Below are positions 28,262 to 36,164 of a DNA stretch of 64,000 nt, piece by piece (the stretch's first letter is position 1; each line of letters starts with the position of its first letter). Source of the DNA: a virus. A program made the position numbers and the translations under genes. The stretch spans positions 32,001 through 96,000 of the IMG/VR virus record IMGVR_UViG_3300025018_000101; one strand, given 5' to 3'. A model generated the notes under the pieces. The model made no database searches and was not told where the DNA came from. It saw nothing but the letters and a program-made list of their open reading frames with translations.

Positions 28262-28310
28262 AGAAAAGCACCCCCACCCCCGGAGGGGCGGGGGTGGGGG
28301 TGCTTTTCTT
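28258..28310. terminator. Bidirectional terminator (TTTAG tail on minus strand)
   Basis: 22-bp inverted repeat AAGAAAAGCACCCCCACCCCCG / CGGGGGTGGGGGTGCTTTTCTT. Confidence 0.9.
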
Positions 28311-28311
28311 T

Positions 28312-28533
28312 CTAGACCGGCGCGGGCGCCGGCGTCGTCGTCGTCGTCGCCGGGCCGGCGGGGCCGGCGGGGGCGGCTGCGGCTGCGGCCGCAGCCGCAA
28401 CCACCGCCCCCGCCGCCGCCGCCGTCAGGCGACGACGCCGACGCCTGACGGCGACGACGGCGACGGTGGTTGCGGCGACGACGGCGACGGTGGTTGCGGC
28501 GGCTACCGCGACGACTACAGTTCGCTTTTCCAT
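28312..28533 (-). CDS. Small Ala/Thr/Val-rich membrane-like protein
   Basis: GGAGG RBS after a TTCG hairpin; repeated VAATTVAV, then poly-Arg. Confidence 0.55.
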   Translation of the reverse strand: MEKRTVVVAVAAATTVAVVAATTVAVVAVRRRRRRLTAAAAGAVVAAAAAAAAAPAGPAGPATTTTTPAPAPV

Positions 28534-28673
28534 GGTGTCCTCCTGTCCCCGAAGGGACATACGGGCGCCGCCTGGAATAGCGACGCCCCACCTTTCACCC
28601 TGTCCAGCACCCGACGACATGTCGAGCGCCTCCAGGGCGGACTTCCAGACCATCTAGGTCCTTCAGTCAAACT

Positions 28674-28681
28674 CTTATGCC
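28674..28681 (-). promoter_or_regulatory. GGCATAAG putative phage promoter
   Basis: Recurrent motif, followed by AG. Confidence 0.65.
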
Positions 28682-28812
28682 AGTTTTGTCCCGCCATTTG
28701 ACACTTTTCAGTGCCATCTAAAAGAGAGTCACCCATCACACGCTCCGCGGACGACGCGGGCAGTGGTTGTTTGGGTGCGCTCTTCTGCCTTGGGGTGTCG
28801 GCGCCAGCCCCT

Positions 28813-28899
28813 CTACGCCACGCGTGTCGTCCACGCGTCTTGTAGTCCCTGCCATTTTTCTAAGCGCCAGCAGGCGGCGCGTGGCATGCGTTTCATCAT
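28813..28899 (-). CDS. Possible 28-aa micropeptide MMKRMPRAACWRLEKWQGLQDAWTTRVA
   Basis: AGGAGG directly upstream of tandem ATGs. Confidence 0.3.
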   Translation of the reverse strand: MMKRMPRAACWRLEKWQGLQDAWTTRVA

Positions 28900-29179
28900 G
28901 CCTCCTGTTCTGATGCTCGTTGCCTTCATGTCGGTGGCATCATCGCCGACAGGGGGAGCCGTACGCCGGCAGCGGTCCAGTCATGACGCTCGGCATGGCT
29001 GGGGCTGGGTGGTTATTTGTTACCGCGCCGGCCACCGGGCGCGTGGAGTCAGGCTCATGGCCCCTCCTGTGACGCGCCCCCGGCAGGGGGAGCGCGGTAA
29101 CTTCGCTGTCTGCCTCGGCCTGCCCCGAGGTGGGTCTTGTTTACGCCTGGGCGCCGACCCTATGTCGTCCAGGACCCAG

Positions 29180-29240
29180 GCACTACTTCGGGAATCGAAC
29201 CCGACTCGGAGCGAACAGCTCCGGCGCTCCAGCGCAGTGC
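29180..29240 (-). ncRNA. Minimal tRNA-like element (GUU in anticodon position, reduced D-arm)
   Basis: 7-bp acceptor GCACTGC/GTAGTGC; CGGAG-CTGTTCG-CTCCG arm; T-arm TCGGG-TTCGATT-CCCGA. Confidence 0.55.
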
Positions 29241-29295
29241 GTAATGTGGGGGTATAGCAGAGGACATGCTATAGTCTACACCCCTCACACAATCT

Positions 29296-29314
29296 CTTAT
29301 GCCTACTTTATACC
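29296..29314 (-). promoter_or_regulatory. Tandem GGTATAAA / GGCATAAG putative phage promoters
   Basis: Motifs at 29307-14 and 29296-303. Confidence 0.6.
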
Positions 29315-29327
29315 TCATTATTGCAAT

Positions 29328-29353
29328 CTAAAAGAGGGCGCCACTGCGCCCTC
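29328..29353 (-). terminator. Hairpin + TTTTAG
   Basis: GAGGGCGC-4 nt-GCGCCCTC followed by TTTTAG. Confidence 0.8.
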
Positions 29354-29373
29354 ATGAACCCGCGCGGAGAGCC

Positions 29374-29607
29374 CTATGTGGGCTCCGCCTGCGCGGCCTC
29401 GGCGGCCGCGGACACCAGGACGGCGTCCTCCGGCGCGCCGGGCTCGACGCGCGCCCACCCGCGCGTCGCCGAGGCGGCGCGCAGGGCCGACCGCTGTCGG
29501 TGCTGCTCGGCCGCAGCACCGATGACGATCCCCGTCCCGAGGGCGCCGAGAACCGCGGCGACGCCCCCTACCACGAGGGCCACTACCGAACCGATCGGTC
29601 TATCCAT
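29374..29607 (-). CDS. Small single-TM protein
   Basis: AGGAG RBS, ATG 29607; hydrophobic SVVALVVGGVAAVLGALGTGIVIGAAA. Confidence 0.65.
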   Translation of the reverse strand: MDRPIGSVVALVVGGVAAVLGALGTGIVIGAAAEQHRQRSALRAASATRGWARVEPGAPEDAVLVSAAAEAAQAEPT

Positions 29608-29661
29608 ACCCGGCCCTCCTTCGGCCAGGTGCGACCGCGGCATGCGGTCACTGTTCAGAGG

Positions 29662-29669
29662 CTTGTACC
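29662..29669 (-). promoter_or_regulatory. GGTACAAG putative phage promoter (variant)
   Basis: One mismatch to GGTATAAG; upstream of 29607. Confidence 0.5.
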
Positions 29670-29727
29670 AACACGAGGGGTGTTGCCGACGGCCGCATCA
29701 GGGCCTTGTTCCGTGAGGCCGCCTCAT

Positions 29728-29765
29728 CTAAAGAAACGCCCCCCCGGAGGAGAGGGTGGCGTTTC
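29728..29765 (-). terminator. Hairpin + TTTAG
   Basis: GAAACGCC...GGCGTTTC followed by TTTAG. Confidence 0.75.
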
Positions 29766-30026
29766 CCCCGCCGCCCCGTCGGGCGACAGTGGGACCGAGC
29801 GTCCAGCGCTCGCTTCGAGACAGGGCCTCTCTTCCCTGCCTCGGGCCTCCCTGAGGCCCAACACCCCCTCCGTCGAGGGGGTCGGCCCTGCCACGTCTGA
29901 CAGGGCCGGACGACCGTCGCCATCGAGAAGACGCACCCCGCGAGCTCGTCCCGGGGAAGGAGATTCCACCGACCTCCTGGGGTGCGTCTTGTCGACGGCG
30001 GCGAGACTAATTGCCTCGCTCATACT
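29766..30026 (-). ncRNA. Putative structured ncRNA (hairpin array)
   Basis: About 8 consecutive stem-loops, including a ~21-bp stem (29918-39 with 29979-30000) and three GACG-loop hairpins, lying between a promoter motif and a terminator. Confidence 0.55.
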
Positions 30027-30034
30027 CTTATACC
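30027..30034 (-). promoter_or_regulatory. GGTATAAG putative phage promoter
   Basis: Recurrent motif, followed by AG. Confidence 0.65.
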
Positions 30035-30063
30035 TGTCCAGATGCGATGATTGGCACTACCTG

Positions 30064-30101
30064 CTAAAAGAGAGCGACGGGGCAGAAGCCCCGCCGCTCT
30101 C
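30064..30101 (-). terminator. Hairpin + TTTTAG
   Basis: GAGAGCGGCGGGGC-TTCT-GCCCCGTCGCTCTC-TTTTAG. Confidence 0.85.
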
Positions 30102-30107
30102 CTCCGC

Positions 30108-30290
30108 CTACGCCGCCCGCCTCCTGACGGCGACGTAGGCGCCCACGGCCCTTTGAGGCACGTGGGGCCCGCCCGCTCGGGGCGGGCAATACCGGCGCCA
30201 GACGAGTCTGGCGCCGGCGAATTTCTGGGCGGCGTCGAGGGTGCTGAACACCGCGACGCCGCCCGGGGCCTGGACGCAGTACAGAATCAT
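30108..30290 (-). CDS. Small hypothetical protein (MILYCVQAPGG...)
   Basis: AAGGAGG RBS before ATG 30290. Confidence 0.55.
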   Translation of the reverse strand: MILYCVQAPGGVAVFSTLDAAQKFAGARLVWRRYCPPRAGGPHVPQRAVGAYVAVRRRAA

Positions 30291-30362
30291 GACGGCCTCC
30301 TTGGCCTCCGGCGAGTTCGACAGCCCCATGCTGTCGTCCCATCTCGCCGGGTGTGTCAAAGC

Positions 30363-30370
30363 CTTATGCC
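30363..30370 (-). promoter_or_regulatory. GGCATAAG putative phage promoter
   Basis: Recurrent motif upstream of 30290. Confidence 0.6.
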
Positions 30371-30372
30371 AC

Positions 30373-30401
30373 TCGACTGAGACAGCGGCAGGACGTACAG
30401 T
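30373..30401 (+). promoter_or_regulatory. sigma70-like promoter of the RNAP/head operon
   Basis: TCGACT-17 nt-TACAGT. Confidence 0.5.
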
Positions 30402-30437
30402 AAGCGAGGAGCGCGTTCTTGCCACGGGAGATCATCG

Positions 30438-33400
30438 ATGGGCGACTGGGGATTCACGAAGCTGGCCGAAGAGGTGCGACGGCTTGTCCAGGAGACGCAG
30501 GCCGAGACTCCCGAGGGGGAGGGGCCGGCGTTCCACGGTAAGATCAGCGACATCAAGGGGCTGCGCTCCGTGCTGGCCCCGGCGTCCGAGCGACGCGATG
30601 CCATCCGCAAGCAGGCCGTGGCCTCGATGTACAACGTCTTCCCGATCAAGGGGACGAACTACGACGTCACCGTGCACGACGTCAGGGTCGACGCGGCCGA
30701 CTACACCCTCGAGGACATGAAGGAGGCGGTGCTGGCCCGCAAGTCGCTGACCGAGCCCATCAAGGCCACGGTCCGCATCACCGACAAGGCCTCCGGCAGG
30801 GTACTGGACGAGCAGAAGAAGACGCTCGGCCACCTGCCGTTCATGACGGACCACCACACCTTCATCCTCGACGGGAACCCGTACGCCCTCTCGAGTCAGT
30901 TGCGAGTCAAGCCGGGGGTGTACACCCGGATGCGCAGCAACGGGGACCTCGAGAGCGCGTTCAACCTGGGGCGCGGGGCGAACTTCCGCCTGTTCATGGA
31001 CCCGATGCGCGGCGTCTTCCACATCCAGTACGGGGCGACCAAGACGCCCCTGTACCCGATCCTGGTCGCACTCGGCGTGCAGGAGTCGGTCATCGCGCAG
31101 GCGTGGGGCAAGGACCTGGCGGACGCCAACCGCGCGGCATCCCGCGGCAAGGAGCGCCTCGCCCTGGCGACGCTCTACGCCAAGGTCGTCCCGATGTCGA
31201 AGCGCTCGAAGGCCCCCAGCGAGGCTGACATGGTGGCGGCCATCCGGGAGGCGTATGGCAACACCGTGCTCGACCCGGCGGTGACCAAGGCCACGCTGTC
31301 CATGGCGGTCTCCTCGGTGACGCCCCTGGCCCTGCTGGCCGCCAGCAAGAAGATCCTCGGCGTCTACAACGAGACCGAGCAGGAGGACGACCGCGACGAC
31401 CTCCAGTTCAAGACGCTGCACACCCCGGACACCTTCGTCAAGGAGCGCATCGAGAAGGATGCCGCTCGGGGTGTCCTGCTGCGGAGCCGCTTCAAGCTCA
31501 ACCGCACCGCCGACCCGAAGGTGAAGGACGTCCTGCCTTCGGCGCCGTTCTCCGGAGCGCTTCGGAGCCTCATCACCCAGAGCTCCCTGGCGCAGGCCCC
31601 CAGCCAGATCAACCCTGTCGAGCTCATCGATGGCGCGGTCAAGGTCACCAGCCTCGGCGAGGGCGGCATCTCCTCGCTGCGCTCGGTCCCCGAGTCCACG
31701 AGGTCGCAGCACGCCAGTCACCTCGGCATGCTCGATCCGGTGCGCACTGCAGAGTGCTACGACGACCAGACGGAGGTCTACACGCGCGCGGGGTGGGTGC
31801 GCTGGCCTGACGTCGATGAGAACGCGGAGTTCGCCTGCCTCATCGACGGCCGCCTGGCGTTCCATCCGCCCCTGCGCCTGATCTCCGCGCCCTACGACGG
31901 TGAACTGCTGTGCGTGACGACGAGTCGGCGCGTCGGGTACGCGGTTACGCCCAACCACCGCCTCCACGTTCGGCCCACGGACCTGCGCGGCAATGCGTCG
32001 TGGCGCATTGTCACCGCGGACGTAGCACACACGCGCGCGGGGTGGCAGTACCAGATCGGACACGAGCCGCTGGAGGGGGACGGGACTACGGAGTTCCACC
32101 TTCCGGCCGTCACGCAGACGCTGGTCTCGGATGACGCCGCCGGGAGTCGGGCTACGCTCGGCACACGCCGCCTGGCGACACAGGCAGCGCCGCCGATCCC
32201 CCTCGAAGTGTGGGCGGAGTTCCTCGGGTGGTACATCTCCGGGGGCAACACGGTGTACAAAAGTGCGGGGATGGATTCTCGGTACGCGGTCAGGATCACG
32301 CAGCGTGAGAGCGCCAACCCCGCCGAGTGCTCGCGGATTGAGGCCCTGCTCGACGCCCTCCCGTGGACGTGGTCGAAGTACGCCGACGCGTACTCCATTC
32401 CTTCCAAGCAGCTCGCTGAGTACTGCCGCCGCTTCGGCCGGTCGGTGGACAAGTTCCTCCCGTCAGAAGTCTTCACCTGGCCGGTCGCTGCCCGTGAGCG
32501 CCTCCTGTCGGCGCTCATGGCCGGTGACGGGCGCACGTACTCCAAGCGCAAGGTCGGGCACAGTTACACGGAGGCGGTATACAGTACCGTGAGTCCCCAG
32601 CTCGCACGGGATGTCGAGGCGCTCGCCATAGGCCTCGGGAGCGCCGTGAGCATCACGACGCAAGTCGACAACCGGGAGGAGCGGTACCGGGACGTCTACG
32701 ACGTCAGGGTCATCCAGGCGAAGGTAGCACCGGTCCGGACACGCAGGCACATGACGCGGCCTGACGGGAGTCGCGGCTACGTGGCGAACGCGGCGTTCAC
32801 GACGCTCGACTATCACGGCACGGTGTACTGCGCTACGGTACCGGGAGGGCTCCTGTACGTCCGCCGGGGTACGCCCAGCGGCCACTGGAACGGGAACTCG
32901 GGCGCGGTCGGCGTCGACCTGCGGTCGGCGTCCTACCTGCACGTCGACGAGCGCGGCAACATGTACACGCCGCTCATCAACGTCCGCACGAAGAAGGTGG
33001 AGCTCGTCTCGGCCGCGACGATGAGCAAGAGCAAGGTCGCGTTCGAGGGGACGGACCTGAAGAAGACGCGGGTCCCGGCGATGGACGGCGGGCAGGTCCG
33101 CGACGTCCTGTCGAAGGACGTCGCCTTCATGCTGCCGTCCACCCTGTCGAAGCACTCCCCGTCGAGCTCGCTCGTGCCGATGATGGGGGGCTCCCAGGGC
33201 AACCGCCTCATCATGGGCAGCAAGCATCAGACCCAGGCGGTGCCCCTGAAGCACCGCCAGGCGCCGCTCGTCCAGGTGGCCGCCGGTGATGGCACGTCCA
33301 TGGAGGCCAAGTTCGCCGAGTGGCACATCCCCAAGGCCCTCGAGGCGGGCACCGTCCAGAAGATCGACATGAGCCGCGGCCGCATCATCATCGCGCCCAA

Positions 33401-36149
33401 GAGCGGCGGAGACCCCGTGGCCTACGAGTTCGCCAACAACTACCCACTGGCCAGCAAGACCCGACTCCACCATGACGTCACGCTCAAGCCCGGCGATACG
33501 GTGACGAAGGGCCAGGTCCTGGCCGACAGCAACTTCACCCAGGGCGGGGTGATGGCCAACGGCCGGAACCTCCACACGGCCTACATGGCCTACCACGGCC
33601 TGAACAGCAACGACGCCTTCGTCATCTCCGAGAGCGCCTCGGAACTCCTGACGTCCGAGCACATGTACCGAGAGACCCTGAGCCTGCAGCGCGGGGTCGA
33701 GACGAGCGTCGAGATCCACAAGCGCCACTTCGGCTCCCGCTTCCCCGCCACCGCCTATGGCAACCTGGACGCGGACGGGGTGGTCAAGAGCGGCACCGTC
33801 ATCAAGACCGGCGACCTCATCGTCGCCGCCGTGGTCAAGCGGACGCCCTCGGCCGAGGACGCCATGCTCGGCCGCCTGAACAAGTCCCTCGTCAAGCCCT
33901 ACGGCGACGCATCGATCACCTGGACCCACGGCGGCGACGGCAGGGTCACTGAGGTCCACAAGTCGAAGAGCTCGGTCACCGTTCTGGTGTATACTGAGGA
34001 AAAGATGAAGGTCGGGGACAAGCTCTCTGGCAGGTTCGGCAACAAGGGGGTCGTCTCGAAGATCATCCCCGACGACCAGATGCCACGGGATGAGTCCGGC
34101 AGGCCTATCGAGTTGATCGCGACGTCCGCGGGCGTGGTCTCGCGCATCAACCCTGCCCAGGTCCTCGAGCGGGCGTATGGCAAGGTGGCGCTCAAGACGG
34201 GGCAGCCGATCCTGGTCGACCAGTACCCGAAGCACAGCATGGTGGAGCACGCCACCGCGCTGCTGAAGGAGCACGGCGTCAAGGACAAGGAGACGCTCTA
34301 CGACCCCATCTCGGGCAGGTCGGTGCCAGGCATCGCGGTCGGGCCGACGTTCCAGATGAAGATGTTCAAGTCCACGGACACGAACTTCTCGACGCGGTCC
34401 ACGGGGTCGTACGACGTCAACGAGCAGCCAACCAAGGGCGGCGAGGCGGGCGCCAAGAGCATCGGCCGTATGGACTTTTACGCCCTGGTGGGTCACGGCG
34501 CGACGAACCTGCTCAAGGAGAGCGCGTCGATCAAGGGCCAGCGCAACGACGAGTACTGGAAGCGGGTCCAGATGGGACTGCCCGAGGGCCCCGTGAAGAC
34601 CCCCTTCGCCTGGAGCAAGTTCCAGTCGATGTTGACTGGCGCCGGCATCAACGTGACGAAGAAGGGCAACACCCTGACCCTGGCTCCGCTGACGGACAAG
34701 GACGTGATGGCGCTGGCGCCACGAGCCATCCAGAACGCTGGTGTCGTCAAGCCGAAGGTGACTCGCGAGGGCACGCAGGTGGTCCCGGAGACGGGTGGCC
34801 TCTTCGACCCGGTGGCGACAGGCGGCGTGTCCGGAACGAAGTGGAGCCGCATCGACCTCGTCGAGCCTGTGGTGAACCCCATCTTCGAGGACACGGTCAA
34901 GACGCTGACCGGGATGGGAGGCAAGGAGTTTGACGCCTTCCAGCACGGAGCTGGCGGCCACGAGATGCGCAAGCGCTTGAACGCCATCGATCTGGACGAC
35001 AAGAGCGCGGAGCTGGAGGCGTCCATCAGGAGGAACCTGCGCGGGGGTCCCGGCAGGGAGGCGCTGGTCGACCGCGACGTCAAGACGCTCAAGTCGGTCC
35101 GGGCGCTGAAGAAGATGGGCATGCAGGCCGGGGATGCCTACGTCATCTCCACGGTGCCGGTCGTGCCTCCTGTCATGCGCGGGGTGGTGTCGGGGACGGG
35201 CGGGGCGGTGATGGTGTCGGACGCGAACTTCCTCTACAAGGACCTGCTGCTGACCAACAACGCCATCCGTGACATGCCGCAGGAGCTCCGGGCCATCGAG
35301 GACATGAGCGACCATCGCCGCAACCTGTCCGCCGCAGTCGCGGCCGTCGTGGGCACCGGCGACCCCATCAACGACAAGACGAAGGCGCGGGCCGTGCGCG
35401 GGTTCATGCAGCAGGCCGCCGGCATCCGGAGTCCGAAAGAGGGCTACTTCCAGAGCCGGCTCATCAAGCGGCGCCAGGACCTGTCGGGTCGCGGCACCAT
35501 CGCTCCGGACCCGAGCCTGGGCATTGACTCGGTCGGTCTGCCGGAAGAGATGATGTGGACGCAGTTCAAGCCGTTCGTCATCAAGAACCTGGTCAAGCGG
35601 GGCTACTCAACCAACGACGCCCTCCGCATGGTCGACGAGAAGCACCCGACGGCGAAGATCGAGCTCCTTGAGGAGGCCAAGCGGCGCCCCATCCTGATGA
35701 ACCGGGCCCCGACGCTGCACCGCTACAACATGGTCGCGGCCTACGCCACGCCGGTCGACGGCAAGACCATCTTCATCAGCCCCTTCTACGAGAAGTTGGG
35801 CAACGCGGACTACGATGGCGACGCCATGCAGGTCCACGTCCCGGTCACGGACAAGGGCATCGCGGACGCCAGGCGCATGACCATCAGCGCCCTGGCCATG
35901 CACGACGGGAGCAAAGGCGTCGCCATCGCAACTCCGCAGCACGAGGCGATCATCGGCACGTACATGGCGACCAAGCCGATGCTGCCCGGCCCTGCGCGCG
36001 CCTTCAAGACGCGTGGCGATGCGCTGGCCGCCTACGGGCGGGGCGAGATCAAGATCAACTCCCCCATCACGGTGGATAAGACAACCCAGACGGCCATCGA
36101 GGCCCCGGTGACCGTCTTCCCCGCCGCGGGGACCGGCAAAGCGCACTGA
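30438..36149 (+). CDS. rpoBC: Phage RNA polymerase: beta fused to N-terminal beta', intein-containing
   Basis: beta motifs SQLRVKPGVY, GNRLIMGSKHQTQAVPL, GDKLSGRFGNKGVVS; beta' motifs GGLFD, DLSGRGTI, NRAPTLHR, catalytic NADYDGD. Confidence 0.93.
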   Translation: MGDWGFTKLAEEVRRLVQETQAETPEGEGPAFHGKISDIKGLRSVLAPASERRDAIRKQAVASMYNVFPIKGTNYDVTVHDVRVDAADYTLEDMKEAVLARKSLTEPIKATVRITDKASGRVLDEQKKTLGHLPFMTDHHTFILDGNPYALSSQLRVKPGVYTRMRSNGDLESAFNLGRGANFRLFMDPMRGVFHIQYGATKTPLYPILVALGVQESVIAQAWGKDLADANRAASRGKERLALATLYAKVVPMSKRSKAPSEADMVAAIREAYGNTVLDPAVTKATLSMAVSSVTPLALLAASKKILGVYNETEQEDDRDDLQFKTLHTPDTFVKERIEKDAARGVLLRSRFKLNRTADPKVKDVLPSAPFSGALRSLITQSSLAQAPSQINPVELIDGAVKVTSLGEGGISSLRSVPESTRSQHASHLGMLDPVRTAECYDDQTEVYTRAGWVRWPDVDENAEFACLIDGRLAFHPPLRLISAPYDGELLCVTTSRRVGYAVTPNHRLHVRPTDLRGNASWRIVTADVAHTRAGWQYQIGHEPLEGDGTTEFHLPAVTQTLVSDDAAGSRATLGTRRLATQAAPPIPLEVWAEFLGWYISGGNTVYKSAGMDSRYAVRITQRESANPAECSRIEALLDALPWTWSKYADAYSIPSKQLAEYCRRFGRSVDKFLPSEVFTWPVAARERLLSALMAGDGRTYSKRKVGHSYTEAVYSTVSPQLARDVEALAIGLGSAVSITTQVDNREERYRDVYDVRVIQAKVAPVRTRRHMTRPDGSRGYVANAAFTTLDYHGTVYCATVPGGLLYVRRGTPSGHWNGNSGAVGVDLRSASYLHVDERGNMYTPLINVRTKKVELVSAATMSKSKVAFEGTDLKKTRVPAMDGGQVRDVLSKDVAFMLPSTLSKHSPSSSLVPMMGGSQGNRLIMGSKHQTQAVPLKHRQAPLVQVAAGDGTSMEAKFAEWHIPKALEAGTVQKIDMSRGRIIIAPKSGGDPVAYEFANNYPLASKTRLHHDVTLKPGDTVTKGQVLADSNFTQGGVMANGRNLHTAYMAYHGLNSNDAFVISESASELLTSEHMYRETLSLQRGVETSVEIHKRHFGSRFPATAYGNLDADGVVKSGTVIKTGDLIVAAVVKRTPSAEDAMLGRLNKSLVKPYGDASITWTHGGDGRVTEVHKSKSSVTVLVYTEEKMKVGDKLSGRFGNKGVVSKIIPDDQMPRDESGRPIELIATSAGVVSRINPAQVLERAYGKVALKTGQPILVDQYPKHSMVEHATALLKEHGVKDKETLYDPISGRSVPGIAVGPTFQMKMFKSTDTNFSTRSTGSYDVNEQPTKGGEAGAKSIGRMDFYALVGHGATNLLKESASIKGQRNDEYWKRVQMGLPEGPVKTPFAWSKFQSMLTGAGINVTKKGNTLTLAPLTDKDVMALAPRAIQNAGVVKPKVTREGTQVVPETGGLFDPVATGGVSGTKWSRIDLVEPVVNPIFEDTVKTLTGMGGKEFDAFQHGAGGHEMRKRLNAIDLDDKSAELEASIRRNLRGGPGREALVDRDVKTLKSVRALKKMGMQAGDAYVISTVPVVPPVMRGVVSGTGGAVMVSDANFLYKDLLLTNNAIRDMPQELRAIEDMSDHRRNLSAAVAAVVGTGDPINDKTKARAVRGFMQQAAGIRSPKEGYFQSRLIKRRQDLSGRGTIAPDPSLGIDSVGLPEEMMWTQFKPFVIKNLVKRGYSTNDALRMVDEKHPTAKIELLEEAKRRPILMNRAPTLHRYNMVAAYATPVDGKTIFISPFYEKLGNADYDGDAMQVHVPVTDKGIADARRMTISALAMHDGSKGVAIATPQHEAIIGTYMATKPMLPGPARAFKTRGDALAAYGRGEIKINSPITVDKTTQTAIEAPVTVFPAAGTGKAH
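31755..32897 (+). mobile_element. Intein (381 aa) with LAGLIDADG-type endonuclease domain
   Basis: Starts CYDDQTEVYT; block B VTPNHRL; FLGWYISGG and LMAGDG; VYCATVP...WNGN followed by Ser. Removal restores DPVRTAE-SGAVG, equivalent to the beta TPEG motif. Confidence 0.9.
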
Positions 36150-36164
36150 CCCCTGGAGGTTCGC

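Noticed and set aside
29180-29240. Canonical tRNA-Asn or tmRNA
   Set aside because: D-arm too short, no purine 37, no CCA, no G3-U70 pair; kept only as tRNA-like.
29724-30023. 99-aa ORF as a protein-coding gene
   Set aside because: No RBS, Pro/Arg/Gly-rich, and runs through the terminator. A structured RNA explains the region better, though leaderless translation is not excluded.
32463-35315. 950-aa minus ORF and similar long antisense ORFs (14532+, 20056+, 25757-, 30432-, 36884-)
   Set aside because: Shadows of RNAP, polymerase, primase and helicase genes; expected at this GC content.
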